Shown one piece after another: positions 21,401 through 32,257 of a stretch of DNA of 64,000 nucleotides; position 1 is the stretch's first letter, and every line of letters starts with the position of its first letter. Below the pieces are notes generated by a model, which worked only from the letters and a program-made list of their open reading frames with translations, did no database searches and had not been told where the DNA came from. The stretch comes from a virus (Duplodnaviria > Caudoviricetes), in the IMG/VR virus record IMGVR_UViG_3300006802_014262, positions 4,328 through 68,327 of that record; one strand, 5' to 3'. The position numbers and the translations under genes are program-made.

Positions 21401-22790
21401 TGGCGCTTCAGGCACATCCGGAATTTCTGGTATAGGCTTATACTGGCAAGGAGCTTATAATGGAAGTGCAACATATCAAGTAAACCAATTAGTATCATAT
21501 CTAGGTAACTCATGGATTTGTAAATTAACAGCTACACCAGGTAATGGTCCATTTGTGGGATCAAGTTATTGGGATTTAGTAGCTCAATCAGGTATATCAG
21601 GTTTGTCAGGTACAAGTGGCGCTTCAGGAGCTAGTGGTGCATCAGGTGCTTCAGGACAAGTAGGTACATCAGGTATCTCAGGTTTATCAGGAGCTTCAGG
21701 CGCAAGTGGCGCGTCAGGTGCCTCAGGTCAAGTAGGCACAAGTGGTATTTCAGGATTAAGTGGTGCTTCAGGAGCTAGTGGTGCATCAGGCCAAGTTGGT
21801 ACATCAGGTTTATCAGGTCGTTCAGGTTTATCAGGAACAAATGGTACATCAGGAATTTCAGGACTTTCAGGAGCTAGTGGCGCCTCAGGTGCATCCGGTG
21901 CTTCAGGTCAAGTTGGTACTTCAGGACTTTCAGGCGCAAGTGGCGCAAGTGGAGCTTCAGGTGCTAGTGGTGCTTCAGGCCAAGTAGGTACTTCAGGTTT
22001 AAGTGGCTCAGCAGGTGCAAGTGGTGCATCAGGCGCTTCAGGTGCTTCAGGCCAAGTAGGTACTTCAGGTATCTCAGGTTTATCAGCGGCAACATCAATT
22101 ACTAATAATACAAATAATTATGTTGTAACTGCTACAGGAAACTCAGGAACTCCTTTTAATGGTGAAGCTAATTTAACATATGATGGAACTAACTTAATAA
22201 ATACAATAGCTGATGGTTATGTAAGAGCCACTAAAGATGCTGATGAATATGTTTGGTTAAGAAGTTTAGGTGTAATTTACATGAGTAGAGGTACATCTAC
22301 ATTAACATTAGATTCTGGGTTTGGTGGTGTAAACCAAACACCACAAATTACATCAAATGTTAATTTAAATATATCAACTAATAATACTTTAAGTATAACA
22401 GGAGCAGTTACAGCAACTGGAGATATCACAGCTAATGCTTCAGATGAAAGATTAAAAACTGATTTTCAACCTATAGAAAATGCATTAACTAAAGTTAATT
22501 CTTTAAGAGCAATTACTTATGTTCAAAATGAAATAGCTAATAAACATATAGGGCATAATTCAAATAGACAAGCAGGTGTTATAGCTCAAGATATACAAAA
22601 AGTATTACCTGAAGCAGTAAAACCAGCACCGTTTGATGTGATTAGAGATAATGATGGTAACACAACTAGCAAAACAGGAGAAAACTATTTAACAGTACAA
22701 TATGAAAAATTAGTACCTTTATTAATAGCTTCAATTAAAGAATTAACTAATAAAGTAAATAATTTAGAAGAACAACTTAAAAATAAATAA
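18444..22790 (+). CDS. Collagen-like Gly-X-Ser tail fibre 2 with five CBM5/12-like modules and C-terminal peptidase S74 chaperone
   Basis: G-X-S blocks; five W.G.(W/Y)....Y..N..V.Y.G.S(Y/W)...P....W repeats; SDERLK...GVIAQD..VLPEAV...[14 protein letters not shown] is the S74 intramolecular chaperone. Confidence 0.88.
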   Translation: MAHEFIVKKGLIVTGSLNVSGSVKLPDIPQGTTETNIVLLNNSGSLVYRSNLSLSGISGISGLSGISGLSGVSGLSGLSGTSGLSGISGLSGISGISGLSGISGLSGTVGTSGLSGISGLSGISGLSGTSGISGLSGISGLSGISGISGLSAATSITNNTNNYVVTATGNSGTPFNGEANLQFDGNTLQLLYQSGDEGGEILMGKPATNTTLTGSGVTFDLFKNQIRFFEQGGAARGAYIDIAACAPGVGTNLVVAGTSGLSGTSGISGLSGTSGISGLSGQVGTSGLSGISGLSGQVGTSGLSGISGLSGLSGTSGLSGISGLSGTSGISGISGLSGNSTSGLSGLSGISGLSGQSGISGLSGTVGTSGISGISGLSGTSGISGLSGQSGISGLSGISGLSGTSGISGLSGTSGISGLSGTSGISGLSGISGLSGISGLSGRSGLVGTSLSWQGAWNVATDYAINEAVYYNGSSYVCILGNTGQTPSSSPTYWSIVAQSGLSGISGISLVWRGIWNAGVTYSINDVVYYEGGSYISLENNNTNSTPSALFKWANMSVSGLSGVSGISGLSGTVGTSGLSGISGLSGTSGISGISGLSGRSGISGIGLLWTGAYNSGTSYTVNQLVSYLGSSWICILNTPGGEAPPNATYWNLVAQSGISGLSGLSGISGLSGASGISGLSGTSGASGASGQVGTSGLSGLSGASGASGASGASGQVGTSGLSGISGLSGASGASGASGASGTSGLSGRSGISGIGLLWQGAYSGAATYSINDLVSYLGSSWISTTNGNNSNTPGTTADWALVAQSGISGLSGTSGASGQVGISGISGLSGASGASGASGQVGTSGISGLSGRSGLSGLSGQVGVVGTSGLSGLSGSGGSAGTSGISGLSGQVGASGQVGTSGISGLSGASGASGASGQVGTSGLSGASGASGASGQVGTSGISGLSGVSGASGASGASGQVGTSGISGLSGASGASGASGASGASGASGTSGISGIGLYWQGAYNGSATYQVNQLVSYLGNSWICKLTATPGNGPFVGSSYWDLVAQSGISGLSGTSGASGASGASGASGQVGTSGISGLSGASGASGASGASGQVGTSGISGLSGASGASGASGQVGTSGLSGRSGLSGTNGTSGISGLSGASGASGASGASGQVGTSGLSGASGASGASGASGASGQVGTSGLSGSAGASGASGASGASGQVGTSGISGLSAATSITNNTNNYVVTATGNSGTPFNGEANLTYDGTNLINTIADGYVRATKDADEYVWLRSLGVIYMSRGTSTLTLDSGFGGVNQTPQITSNVNLNISTNNTLSITGAVTATGDITANASDERLKTDFQPIENALTKVNSLRAITYVQNEIANKHIGHNSNRQAGVIAQDIQKVLPEAVKPAPFDVIRDNDGNTTSKTGENYLTVQYEKLVPLLIASIKELTNKVNNLEEQLKNK
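18888..18983 (+). repeat. 96-bp exact direct repeat, copy 1
   Basis: GGTTTATCAGCGGCAACATCAATTACT...GGTGAAGCTAAT, read base by base as identical to 22077-22172. Confidence 0.92.
22077..22172 (+). repeat. 96-bp exact direct repeat, copy 2
   Basis: Identical to 18888-18983; offset 3189 bp = 1063 codons, so in frame. Confidence 0.92.
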
Positions 22791-22792
22791 GC

Positions 22793-23383
22793 ATGCCCGC
22801 AAATCCAATAGTATCATCAGGACCAATTTCAATGAATCTTTTGAATGATTCGTTTGGAAGAGCAACGGCTGCCTCACTTTCATTCTCTCAAGCGTTTGGT
22901 GGTACTTATGCTCAATATGGAGCTATAAATAGAAATACTACAGCTGGGCAAAATATATATACAACAAATCTTGGAGGTACAGATTTTGCATTAACTACAT
23001 TTTATAGTTATAATGATGTAGAACTTAATTATTGGTATTACACATTTGATAACCAGAATTTTGGAGATAGTGTACAAATAGATGTATATTTAGCAACTAC
23101 AAGTATATATTCAAACACAGTACCAGCAAATACTTTAGATGACTCAGGAGCTTATGTTAGTACAGGAACTAGTGCTACTACTGGGGGTGATTTAGAATTA
23201 CAATTAACTTTTCCAGGATCTACACCTTCAGCTGTAGATATTTCAGTTACAGATCCTGACACTGGTGGTACTATATTTTCAGTAACTGGAGATAATCCCA
23301 ATAATTATGTTGGTAAAACTACCTTATTAGCTGCTGTATATGGATATCAACGAATGAATTTTTATATGAGTTTTACACCTTAA
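22793..23383 (+). CDS. Putative fibre-tip/adhesin protein
   Basis: Starts 2 nt after the S74 fibre gene; N-terminal SSGPISM resembles proteins that commonly follow S74 fibres. Confidence 0.45.
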   Translation: MPANPIVSSGPISMNLLNDSFGRATAASLSFSQAFGGTYAQYGAINRNTTAGQNIYTTNLGGTDFALTTFYSYNDVELNYWYYTFDNQNFGDSVQIDVYLATTSIYSNTVPANTLDDSGAYVSTGTSATTGGDLELQLTFPGSTPSAVDISVTDPDTGGTIFSVTGDNPNNYVGKTTLLAAVYGYQRMNFYMSFTP

Positions 23384-23407
23384 TATTTATAATAAAATAA
23401 AAATAAA

Positions 23408-23731
23408 ATGGCAATACAAGTAACAAATTTTAATCCTGTTTGGAAATACGAAAATGTAAGACATGAAACTCCATCTCAAGTTGAATACTCAGATGGTTCT
23501 TATATTTTTATTAATTGTGAAACAGCAGATAAAACATCAGTAACTATTAAAGCAACTATTTATAATCAAGATCCGTTTATAACAGGTACAAAATTAAGAG
23601 GGCAAATGCGTTTTGAATTTATACCTATGAATGTTGAAGGAAACTTATTAGGATTAGCTCACGATTATATATTAAATCAATTAACAACTCTTAACCCAGG
23701 AGTAACATTTACTAAAGTAGGCATAGTTTAA
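23408..23731 (+). CDS. Small fibre-associated protein
   Basis: 107 aa, TATTTAT motif upstream, within fibre cluster. Confidence 0.45.
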   Translation: MAIQVTNFNPVWKYENVRHETPSQVEYSDGSYIFINCETADKTSVTIKATIYNQDPFITGTKLRGQMRFEFIPMNVEGNLLGLAHDYILNQLTTLNPGVTFTKVGIV

Positions 23732-23784
23732 GCTTGGATATCTAAAACCAAGTTATTATATTTATTAGTAAATACAATTAAGTT

Positions 23785-25098
23785 ATGACCCAAAATGATA
23801 AAATAACCGTTATCATTCACACAGAGAATGAAACTAAGTTATTAGCTTTATTAGATCAACTACATCAACATCCTCTAAAATCTCAATTTCAAACCTTACA
23901 AGTTAATTGTAAAGGTATTACTCCTTGGTTAGAGCCAAATATGTTAAACAAGTTAACAACACTTGCTTATCAAAATTATGCTATTACACCTACCTATAAC
24001 CAATCTGTACTTTCAATTGTAGAACTTATATCTAAAACTAAAACTGAATATAGTTTAATTATAGATGAATCTAATATATCGTTTGACATTAAAGAATGGG
24101 ATACGCTTAATAATACCTATTTATTAGCACAAACAAACGACTTATTACGCCTTAATTGGGATACTAAATACCAATCTATAACATGGTTTATAGCGGATTT
24201 AATTACTCAAAAAACTAAACAATCCTTTACCCCTGACAATACATCAGATTCAGAAAGATATAGTAAAAAAATAATTAATCCTATATTTTATGAGCGAATT
24301 ATTTATGTTGATGGTGGATTAGGTGACCACGTTATGGCATACCCATTATTAGAAAAAATAGGAAGTGATTGTTATGTTTGTTCTATTTATCCTTTTTCTA
24401 TAAATCATATTAATATTAAAGGATTTATTGACTGGTCCGATGAATTATTTGGAGGTTATAAACGATTTGTCTATACTTATGGCTCAGAAAATAATTCTCC
24501 TACAATTATAGACGCATTTTTTGAAATGTATGGAGAAAAAAGACATATAACTGATATTTTAAAATATACAGGAAATAAAATTAAATTTGAAAATACAACA
24601 GGTAAACCATTAGCTTTAATAAGCACAACAGCAGCTAAAATCCAAAATCAAGATTCAAATAAAGACTGGGTTGATGTTAGATGGTTTAGATTAATTTTTG
24701 AATTAAAAAAATTAGGTTTTTATGTTATACAAGTAGGTTCTCATAAAGATGATCAAATTCCTCTTACACCAGCCCCAGCCGGTGTAGATGGTAAATTTTT
24801 AGATAAATCTATTCCTGAATTAGCAGGATTAATTGATGAAGCTAAACTATGGATAAGTGTAGATACATTTGTTCATCATTTTGCAGCTTCTGTAAACCCA
24901 CATTCTGGAATTTGTTTAACTCCATTTTATAATAATCATGCTAAACACCCAGGTGTAAAGTATATTGAAAAAAACTGTGGTAAAAATTATTATGACAGAA
25001 GATGGTGGTTAGATTTACAACAACCAGAAAGAAAAGAATGTATGAACCTAATTAAATTAGATGACGTTTTAAATGTTATTAAAAATAAAATAAAATAA
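23785..25098 (+). CDS. Glycosyltransferase, GT-B fold, GT9 (heptosyltransferase)-like C-terminal part
   Basis: GGLGDHVMAYP, NKDW....W..L, IQVG, ISVDTFVHHFAA match the GT9 pattern; N-terminal ~170 aa unassigned. Confidence 0.78.
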   Translation: MTQNDKITVIIHTENETKLLALLDQLHQHPLKSQFQTLQVNCKGITPWLEPNMLNKLTTLAYQNYAITPTYNQSVLSIVELISKTKTEYSLIIDESNISFDIKEWDTLNNTYLLAQTNDLLRLNWDTKYQSITWFIADLITQKTKQSFTPDNTSDSERYSKKIINPIFYERIIYVDGGLGDHVMAYPLLEKIGSDCYVCSIYPFSINHINIKGFIDWSDELFGGYKRFVYTYGSENNSPTIIDAFFEMYGEKRHITDILKYTGNKIKFENTTGKPLALISTTAAKIQNQDSNKDWVDVRWFRLIFELKKLGFYVIQVGSHKDDQIPLTPAPAGVDGKFLDKSIPELAGLIDEAKLWISVDTFVHHFAASVNPHSGICLTPFYNNHAKHPGVKYIEKNCGKNYYDRRWWLDLQQPERKECMNLIKLDDVLNVIKNKIK

Positions 25099-27752
25099 TG
25101 AAGCCCTTATCATTAATAATGCCTATCTATAATAATGTAGATATGGCTATAGAATACTTAGATATAACTTTATCTACAGCAACATCAATAGACCAAATTA
25201 TTCTTTATTCTAATGGTACTACAGATGAAGGTAATGAAAAATTAAAACAATACGCTAAATCAAATCCATTAGTTGAATTACATATTCGTAAAGAAGGTAT
25301 AGGATTTGCTAAAGCAGTAAACGAAGGTTTTAAATTATGTAAAAACGAATATATGTTTTGCATAAGTAGTGATGTTTATTTAGGATATGGTTGGGAAGAA
25401 CGTTTACAAGTATTATGTGATAAAGAAGAAAACGGATTAATTGGTCCTGTTATGTCAGATGACTTTATTTTAGGTTGTTGTTTTATAGCTAGAAAATCTG
25501 TTTTAAATAAAGTAGGTTTATTAAATGAAGGATTTGGTTTAGGATATGAAGAAGATGTTGAGTTTTCTTATAGAATAAAAAATAATGGATATAATTTAGG
25601 TTACGATTTTTATAAAGATGATTTAGGAAAAAGTTTAGACACTGGATTTCCTATTAGACATATTCAAGGAGTTTCATTTTATGATATTAAAAAAGAAAAT
25701 TTAGATAATTTAATTTCTACTAATAAACAAAAACATCATAAATTTTTACGAACTTCAAATATTATAGTTTTAAAAGATTTACCATATGATGAAGTTAAAA
25801 AAACAGTACAAGGAAACGAAGTATATGTAGTTGTAAACAAATCAGGAGATGAATTTGAAAAAATAAGATTTGATAATGATATTATAGCTAAAGCACATAT
25901 ATTTGAATGCACACCAGAAATGAATATAGACGTTCTTATTAGTTCTATAACTAAAGGAAAATCAATTAATGGTAAAACAACTAAATTAACTTGGTTAGCT
26001 AAATTTGATGATTTTTCTTCAATGGGAATTTTATCTCAAAGAATGTTAGAACAATTAGATAAAACTATAGATTTATCTTGTGAACCTATTATTGGAAACA
26101 CAACAACAACAAATCCATTAATTTATTCTTTTTTAGATAAACCATCAACTAATGAGTTAGGTATCATGTTTGCCTACCCAGACTCAATAGGTCATTTAAG
26201 TAAATTTAAAACTAAAGTAATTTATACTGGAGTTGATACAACAGGAGAAGCTGGTCAATTTGTAACTAACGGAAATAAAGCTGATTTTTTCTTAACACCT
26301 TCTAATATATCAAAAAATAGAATAAAAAATATGGGTATTACTAAACCTATATTTGTAGTACCTCATGGAATTGATCCCAAAGTATTTAATTATACTCCTA
26401 GAATAAAAGGAGATAAATTTAAATTCTTATATGTTGGAGAATGTTCAGATAGAAAAGGTATATTTCATACTTTAGACGCGTTTATTGATTTATTTAAAAA
26501 TAATAATAATGTAGAATTACATATTAAATCAAATAGTGATATGTTATTTTACAATAGTCGAGATGTAAAAAGTATTATAGAAAAACACAATAATATATTT
26601 TGGCATATTAGTGATGATGGACATGATAAAGTAATGGACTTATATAGAAATTGTCATGCTTATGTTTACCCATCAAGAGGTGATTCATTTGGAATGACAT
26701 TACTAGAAGCTATAGCTTGTGGATTGCCAACAATAGCAACTTCAGAACCAGGTGCTACAGAATTAATTAAAGGAAAATATTATAATGTTTCTACTAAATC
26801 AGTACCAGTTAAAAATCACCCCTGGTTTTTAGGTAATTGGGGAGAACCAAATCTTAAAGATTTAATTAAACATATGAAACATGTTTATGATAATTATGAT
26901 TCAATCATTGAAAGTGGAGTACTAAAAGAAAATTCTGATTATATTATTGAAAATTATTCTTGGGAAAAAATAGCTAGTAATTTTGAAAATGATATTTTAC
27001 CTAAATTAATTAAACCAACTAAAGTACTTACATTATTAACATCATATAATAGACCACACCATATTAAAAATGTTATTAATTCATTAAAAGATATTCAAGA
27101 ACCAGGTATTATAAATGATATTTATATTGTTGAAAATTCACATCCTGAATATAAAGCAGAAGCATTAAAAACTATTAAAGAAAATATTGATAGCCGATTT
27201 AAAGTTCATAACTCAGAATTTAATATGGGTCAAAGAGCAGCAATGCTTCAAATGTTTGATGATATGAATATTGATAATTATGATTTTATTCAATTTACAG
27301 ATCAAGATAATTTATTTGCTGAACCTATAAGTACATACTGTGATATATTAAATCAATACCCAGACAAATATGTCGCTACAGGTTATATGAGTAAAGAACA
27401 TGAAGAATTAGATTGGATTGAAACTAGATTTGGACGTTTAAATGAAAAAAGAGCTTGTAGAGCAGGACATATGGTTATGCGAGCTAAAGACATTAAAAAT
27501 ATGATGCCTATTCATTTAGATAGAATGCATAATAACTCATATGTAAATTCATCGTGGAATGCTGGTTTAGACTGGGAATTAACATATTGGAATCCAAAAT
27601 CACCAGGCGCACAAGGTAAACAAAACTTTGTATTATGTGTTCCTGGAGGTGTATTACATAAAGGTACAGACAGTACAATGTATGATTGGCCTGTAGAAGA
27701 AAATGAATACACTTTAGAAGAATTAAAAAAATTAAGAAAAAATAAACTTTAA
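25098..27752 (+). CDS. Multi-domain glycosyltransferase (GT2 + GT4 + second GT-A-like domain)
   Basis: N-term SLIMPIYN...GFAKAVNEG...GYEEDVEF (GT2); middle VPHGID...FLYVG...RKG...YVYPSRGDSFGMTLLEAIACGLP (GT4); C-term LLTSYNRP...FTDQD (GT-A DxD). Confidence 0.88.
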   Translation: MKPLSLIMPIYNNVDMAIEYLDITLSTATSIDQIILYSNGTTDEGNEKLKQYAKSNPLVELHIRKEGIGFAKAVNEGFKLCKNEYMFCISSDVYLGYGWEERLQVLCDKEENGLIGPVMSDDFILGCCFIARKSVLNKVGLLNEGFGLGYEEDVEFSYRIKNNGYNLGYDFYKDDLGKSLDTGFPIRHIQGVSFYDIKKENLDNLISTNKQKHHKFLRTSNIIVLKDLPYDEVKKTVQGNEVYVVVNKSGDEFEKIRFDNDIIAKAHIFECTPEMNIDVLISSITKGKSINGKTTKLTWLAKFDDFSSMGILSQRMLEQLDKTIDLSCEPIIGNTTTTNPLIYSFLDKPSTNELGIMFAYPDSIGHLSKFKTKVIYTGVDTTGEAGQFVTNGNKADFFLTPSNISKNRIKNMGITKPIFVVPHGIDPKVFNYTPRIKGDKFKFLYVGECSDRKGIFHTLDAFIDLFKNNNNVELHIKSNSDMLFYNSRDVKSIIEKHNNIFWHISDDGHDKVMDLYRNCHAYVYPSRGDSFGMTLLEAIACGLPTIATSEPGATELIKGKYYNVSTKSVPVKNHPWFLGNWGEPNLKDLIKHMKHVYDNYDSIIESGVLKENSDYIIENYSWEKIASNFENDILPKLIKPTKVLTLLTSYNRPHHIKNVINSLKDIQEPGIINDIYIVENSHPEYKAEALKTIKENIDSRFKVHNSEFNMGQRAAMLQMFDDMNIDNYDFIQFTDQDNLFAEPISTYCDILNQYPDKYVATGYMSKEHEELDWIETRFGRLNEKRACRAGHMVMRAKDIKNMMPIHLDRMHNNSYVNSSWNAGLDWELTYWNPKSPGAQGKQNFVLCVPGGVLHKGTDSTMYDWPVEENEYTLEELKKLRKNKL

Positions 27753-27821
27753 TTTGGATCTTTAAAATATCTTTGTATATTTATATATATAAACTTAACC
27801 CATAAAACCCATTAAAAAATT

Positions 27822-28079
27822 ATGTCATCACTTTTGATTTTTATTGTAATCGCGTTACTAGTATCAATTGGTATCGGATTCGTTATTGTAGGAAAAGAAA
27901 ACACTCCTGAAAACAAAAACACACCAAATTCTTTCTTCCCAGTTGAAGATTATCCATCTTTTGAAGACGCTCCAGTAGCTGAAGAAAGACCATTTAACGA
28001 AGCTGAAAAGCCAGTTAAAAAGAAAAAACGTTACTATAGTGATAAAACAAAATCAACTAAAAAACCTAAAGCTAACTAA
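27822..28079 (+). CDS. Small single-pass membrane protein with basic tail
   Basis: N-terminal hydrophobic helix LLIFIVIALLVSIGIGFVIV; Lys-rich C-terminus. Confidence 0.6.
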   Translation: MSSLLIFIVIALLVSIGIGFVIVGKENTPENKNTPNSFFPVEDYPSFEDAPVAEERPFNEAEKPVKKKKRYYSDKTKSTKKPKAN

Positions 28080-28513
28080 TGGCTAATATTAAATTATCAT
28101 TAAAAGAAATTTATAAACTTGATACAGAAATCAACGGTTTTACAAATCAAGAAACTGGTGAAATTTTATCATTAGGATTATTAAGCGAAAATTTAAGTTT
28201 ACCTACTAAATATTGGTTAACTGATTTAGCTAAAAAAACATCAAGTGAAAAATTAATTATTGACCAATTAAAAGAAAATTTAATTGTAAAATACGGTACT
28301 AAGGATAAAAATAATAACTTTGAAATTCTTGTATGGACTGATGATACTAAAACCAATTTTAATCCATCATATATACAATTTCAAGAAGAATTCAATAGTT
28401 TATTACAAGAAGTAAAAGAAATTGAATATCATGAATTTAAATTAGAAGAATTCAAGGATGTTAAAACATCAGATAATTATATTGTATTTTATAAATTAAT
28501 CCAAGTAGATTAA
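28079..28513 (+). CDS. Hypothetical protein
   Basis: 144 aa ORF translationally coupled (TAATG) to previous gene. Confidence 0.55.
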   Translation: MANIKLSLKEIYKLDTEINGFTNQETGEILSLGLLSENLSLPTKYWLTDLAKKTSSEKLIIDQLKENLIVKYGTKDKNNNFEILVWTDDTKTNFNPSYIQFQEEFNSLLQEVKEIEYHEFKLEEFKDVKTSDNYIVFYKLIQVD

Positions 28514-28543
28514 TATATTATCCATTTATAATATGATATTTAT

Positions 28544-28567
28544 AAACCGCTAGTAATAGCGGTTTTT
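28544..28567 (+). terminator. Intrinsic terminator
   Basis: AAACCGCTA-gtaa-TAGCGGTTT then TT. Confidence 0.75.
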
Positions 28568-28603
28568 CTCTTATCTTTCCATATTTATAATAAAAATTAT
28601 TAA

Positions 28604-31600
28604 ATGGCTCAAGTACTGTCTAAGACGGGTATAGCAACAGGTGCAACCGTACAAGCTCAACAAATATCTCAATCAATTGATGCCTTAACAGGTAATGTGG
28701 CTTATGATATAACTATAAGTGGTTCATTAACTGTTACCGGCTCAGTAAATATAGACGGTACATTAAATGCTTCTTCTTCTTATGCTGTACAAGCGTTAAG
28801 TTCATCTTACGCTGTAACAGCATCATATGCCGTTACACCTACTGTTTCAGGTTTAAGTGGTACTTCTGGCCTTTCAGGTATAAGCGGTTTATCAGGTATA
28901 AGCGGCTTATCAGGTATCTCAGGTATAAGCGGCTTATCAGGACTTAGTGGTATATCAGGTTTATCAGGTCGTTCAGGTATAAGTGGCATCTCCGGTATAT
29001 CAGGCCTAAGTGGTATTTCTGGTATTTCAGGATTAAGTGGTATATCAGGTTTATCAGGTACAAGTGGCTTATCAGGTATCTCAGGATTAAGCGGTATATC
29101 AGGTATTTCAGGTTTAAGTGGCATTTCAGGTATTTCAGGTCTAAGTGGTCTCTCAGGCACTTCAGGATTAAGTGGTACATCAGGTCTTTCAGGAATTTCA
29201 GGTCTAAGTGGCATCTCAGGCATCTCAGGTATTTCAGGTTTATCAGGTACATCAGGTCTCTCAGGTATTTCCGGTTTATCAGGCTTATCGGGAATTAGTG
29301 GTATTTCTGGATTAAGTGGCATATCAGGTCTAAGTGGTATTTCTGGTCTTTCAGGAGCAATAGGTCCTGTAGCTGGTGCAGCAAATCAAGTAGTTTATAA
29401 AGATGGGTCTAACAATCCAGCAGGTTCAGCTAATTTTACTTATGATGGTTCAACAGTAACTATAACAGGTAACTTAACTGTTAATGGTACAGGTAGTATA
29501 ACTTATTTAAAAATAATATACGAAACTGCATCTGTAATATATTCATCTGGTTCTAACCAATTAGGTGACGCGGTAAATGATATTCAAACATTAATTGGAA
29601 CTACAAAAATATCTGGTAGTTTACAAGTAACAGGTAGTACTTCACTTTCAGGAAGTTTACAAGTAATAGATGTAACTCAAGGAACAAACGAAACTAAAGT
29701 ATTAATGTTAGATTCAACTAACACTTTAGTATATAGAACTAATTTAAGTATTTCTGGATTAAGTGGTACTTCAGGTATTTCAGGATTAAGTGGTACTTCA
29801 GGATTAAGTGGCGCTTCAGGCTTATCAGGTACATCAGGAGCATCAGGCCTAAGTGGTACCTCAGGCTTATCAGGCCAATCAGGTACATCAGGTTTAAGTG
29901 GCACTTCAGGCTTATCAGGCCAATCAGGAGCATCAGGTCTATCAGGTACTTCAGGTTTAAGTGGTACATCAGGTGCATCTGGTCTTTCAGGTACATCAGG
30001 TCTTTCAGGTCAGTTAGGTCAATCAGGTCTAAGTGGTACTTCAGGATTGTCAGGTACATCAGGAGTATCCGGCTTATCAGGAACATCAGGTTTATCAGGT
30101 CAATTGGGTACATCTGGTCTTTCAGGCCAATTGGGTACATCAGGTTTATCAGGCCAATCAGGCACATCAGGTTTAAGTGGTGCATCTGGTCTTTCAGGCC
30201 AATCCGGCCAATCAGGTTTAAGTGGTACTGATGGAACCTCAGGTATATCAGGTCTTATAGGCATACCCGTGTTTACACCTGTATTTTTAAATACTTCTTA
30301 TGGAGTTGATTCATCAACATTTATAAACACTGGAGGTGGAGGAGGTAGTTTTGATTCTTATGTTTATTCAACTCAAGGATATATAAGAGGAGCTTATGTC
30401 ACTGCTAGAACAACTAGTAATTCTCAATTCTCAGCTTTTGGTTTATCTGAAACTATAAGTTCTGTTGATCCTTTAAATATAAGTTTTGGATTTTATTTTG
30501 AAGAAACTACAGGTGATGTATCTATAATTGAAACAGGTTCAATAGGATCACCAATAGCAACATATTCATCAGGTGATGTTTTTTATATAACATATGATGG
30601 ATATAATATAAGATATTATATTAACAGTACTTTATTACAAACTACTTCAAGATCAATAGGAAACTCATTATATTTTAGTTCAGTCTACCAAACAACTAAT
30701 GAAGGATTCACTAATGTAGGTTTTGGACCTATGGGTGAACAAGGTACTTCTGGATTAAGTGGTCTATCAGGAATTTCAGGATTATCTGGTCGCTCAGGAA
30801 TAAGCGGTATATCAGGTATATTATCATTAACAGGAACAACAAATAATGGTGTTATTACTTTAAATGGTTCAGCACCTAATGCTACTGTAGAATCAAATTT
30901 AACTTTTGATGGTACCGTTTTAAATGTAACAGGAAATATAACAAGCAGTGGAGATATATTAGTTAATGGTATCACAGTAGGTAATGGAGCTAATTCTACA
31001 GATTCTAATACTGCTTTAGGTAACCAAGCTTTATTATCAAATTCAACAGGAACATCAAATACTGCTATAGGAGGAAATACATTATATCTTTTAAGTGGAG
31101 GAATTGAAAATACTGCTTTAGGATTTGCGGCTGGAGGAAGTATAAACGGTAATGGTAATACTGCTTTAGGTAGAGCAGCTTTATCAGCAGGCTCATTTAC
31201 AGGTAATTATAACACAGCTATAGGATATTTCGCCGGATCAGCCGTTGTTGGTGGAAATGGTAATATTTTAATAGGATCAGGTTCGGGAAAATCAATTACT
31301 AATGGTAGTGAAAATGTTATTATAGGTGGACATCCTGGTTCTTCTAATTTAACTAAAACTGTTGTCTTATCAGATGCTTCAGGTAGTGTTATTTTATGGG
31401 GTACAGGGAGTAGAGTAACTATAGGAGCTGCAGCTACACCAAATGCTACTTTAGATGTTAGAGGCAATACTGTAATTACAGGTTCATTTGCAGTGACAGG
31501 AAGTCAAATAATTACAGGTTCCTTAACTATATCAGGAAATATAGCTAATATTTTAGGAGATGGATTTGTAAGTTGTAGTTTATCTGTAGTAGGTGCTACA

Positions 31601-31939
31601 GGAGATAATAGATCTTTTATAGCTTCATTTACAGATGTAGATGGTTCAACATTAAATAATCCTCGCCAATTAATACATTGGTGGACATCAGCTACTCAAT
31701 ACGGAGCAGCTTCTATCCCTAATACAACTCCATTACCTACATATACTATAGTATCAGGAAGTCAAGTTGTAACTAGTACAACAGGTTCAATAAACCACTC
31801 AGTTACTGATTCAACAGGAAAATTTGGAGTTAAACTAACCACAACAAATACAGCTGGTTCAACAACTGTTTGGTTCCATACAGAAGTACAGGGTATAATA
31901 TATTCAACAAGTACAACTATATTTAATACCGGTGCATAA
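28604..31939 (+). CDS. Collagen-like Gly-X-Ser fibre protein 3 with YadA-head-like NTA(L/I)G repeats
   Basis: G-X-S blocks at ~28846-29355, ~29748-30260, ~30742-30820; beta-sandwich-like domain ~30270-30735; NTALG/NTAIG 14-residue repeats ~31000-31330. Confidence 0.8.
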   Translation: MAQVLSKTGIATGATVQAQQISQSIDALTGNVAYDITISGSLTVTGSVNIDGTLNASSSYAVQALSSSYAVTASYAVTPTVSGLSGTSGLSGISGLSGISGLSGISGISGLSGLSGISGLSGRSGISGISGISGLSGISGISGLSGISGLSGTSGLSGISGLSGISGISGLSGISGISGLSGLSGTSGLSGTSGLSGISGLSGISGISGISGLSGTSGLSGISGLSGLSGISGISGLSGISGLSGISGLSGAIGPVAGAANQVVYKDGSNNPAGSANFTYDGSTVTITGNLTVNGTGSITYLKIIYETASVIYSSGSNQLGDAVNDIQTLIGTTKISGSLQVTGSTSLSGSLQVIDVTQGTNETKVLMLDSTNTLVYRTNLSISGLSGTSGISGLSGTSGLSGASGLSGTSGASGLSGTSGLSGQSGTSGLSGTSGLSGQSGASGLSGTSGLSGTSGASGLSGTSGLSGQLGQSGLSGTSGLSGTSGVSGLSGTSGLSGQLGTSGLSGQLGTSGLSGQSGTSGLSGASGLSGQSGQSGLSGTDGTSGISGLIGIPVFTPVFLNTSYGVDSSTFINTGGGGGSFDSYVYSTQGYIRGAYVTARTTSNSQFSAFGLSETISSVDPLNISFGFYFEETTGDVSIIETGSIGSPIATYSSGDVFYITYDGYNIRYYINSTLLQTTSRSIGNSLYFSSVYQTTNEGFTNVGFGPMGEQGTSGLSGLSGISGLSGRSGISGISGILSLTGTTNNGVITLNGSAPNATVESNLTFDGTVLNVTGNITSSGDILVNGITVGNGANSTDSNTALGNQALLSNSTGTSNTAIGGNTLYLLSGGIENTALGFAAGGSINGNGNTALGRAALSAGSFTGNYNTAIGYFAGSAVVGGNGNILIGSGSGKSITNGSENVIIGGHPGSSNLTKTVVLSDASGSVILWGTGSRVTIGAAATPNATLDVRGNTVITGSFAVTGSQIITGSLTISGNIANILGDGFVSCSLSVVGATGDNRSFIASFTDVDGSTLNNPRQLIHWWTSATQYGAASIPNTTPLPTYTIVSGSQVVTSTTGSINHSVTDSTGKFGVKLTTTNTAGSTTVWFHTEVQGIIYSTSTTIFNTGA

Positions 31940-31951
31940 TAAATAAAATTT

Positions 31952-32203
31952 ATGAAAATAGAAAAACTAACAGAACAAGAAATTTCATCAGTAAAAGAAA
32001 TTCAAAAATTAAGAGCTGAATTAATTGAAAAATATGGATTAATTGAAATGTCAATCCAAGATTTAAAATTACAAAAGCAAGAAGTAACTGAAGAACTTAA
32101 AGAAATTAAAATAACAGAATTAAAATTAAGTCAAGAACTTCAATCAAAATACGGTATAGGAACCATTAATATAGATAGTGGAGAATTCATCGGAAACGAA
32201 TGA
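31952..32203 (+). CDS. Small coiled-coil protein
   Basis: 83 aa heptad-rich, ends KYG.G.INIDSGEF; precedes sheath. Confidence 0.55.
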   Translation: MKIEKLTEQEISSVKEIQKLRAELIEKYGLIEMSIQDLKLQKQEVTEELKEIKITELKLSQELQSKYGIGTINIDSGEFIGNE

Positions 32204-32257
32204 TTTTAAGACCCCTTAATATATTTATAATAAACATTAAACTTATTAACAAATAAC

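Noticed and set aside
14348-22087. Repetitive DNA considered as a CRISPR array or satellite
   Set aside because: Periodicity is 9 nt with free synonymous variation inside long ORFs; there is no constant repeat with unique spacers.
18888-22172. 96-bp repeat as a DGR template/variable repeat pair
   Set aside because: Copies are identical with no adenine-specific mismatches, both are coding, and no reverse transcriptase is in the window.
27822-28079. Holin call for the single-pass membrane protein
   Set aside because: No endolysin adjacent and no recognised holin motif; left as hypothetical.
28537-28543. TATTTAT as a promoter
   Set aside because: It sits immediately before a terminator hairpin; the copy at 28582 is the plausible fibre-3 promoter.
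14312-30975. Many minus-strand ORFs (PEIPDKPL..., YLKYLIN...) and alternative-frame plus ORFs (FRYIRF...) over the fibre genes
   Set aside because: They are shadows of the Gly-X-Ser codon repeat, which lacks stops in some other frames; no independent starts or promoters.
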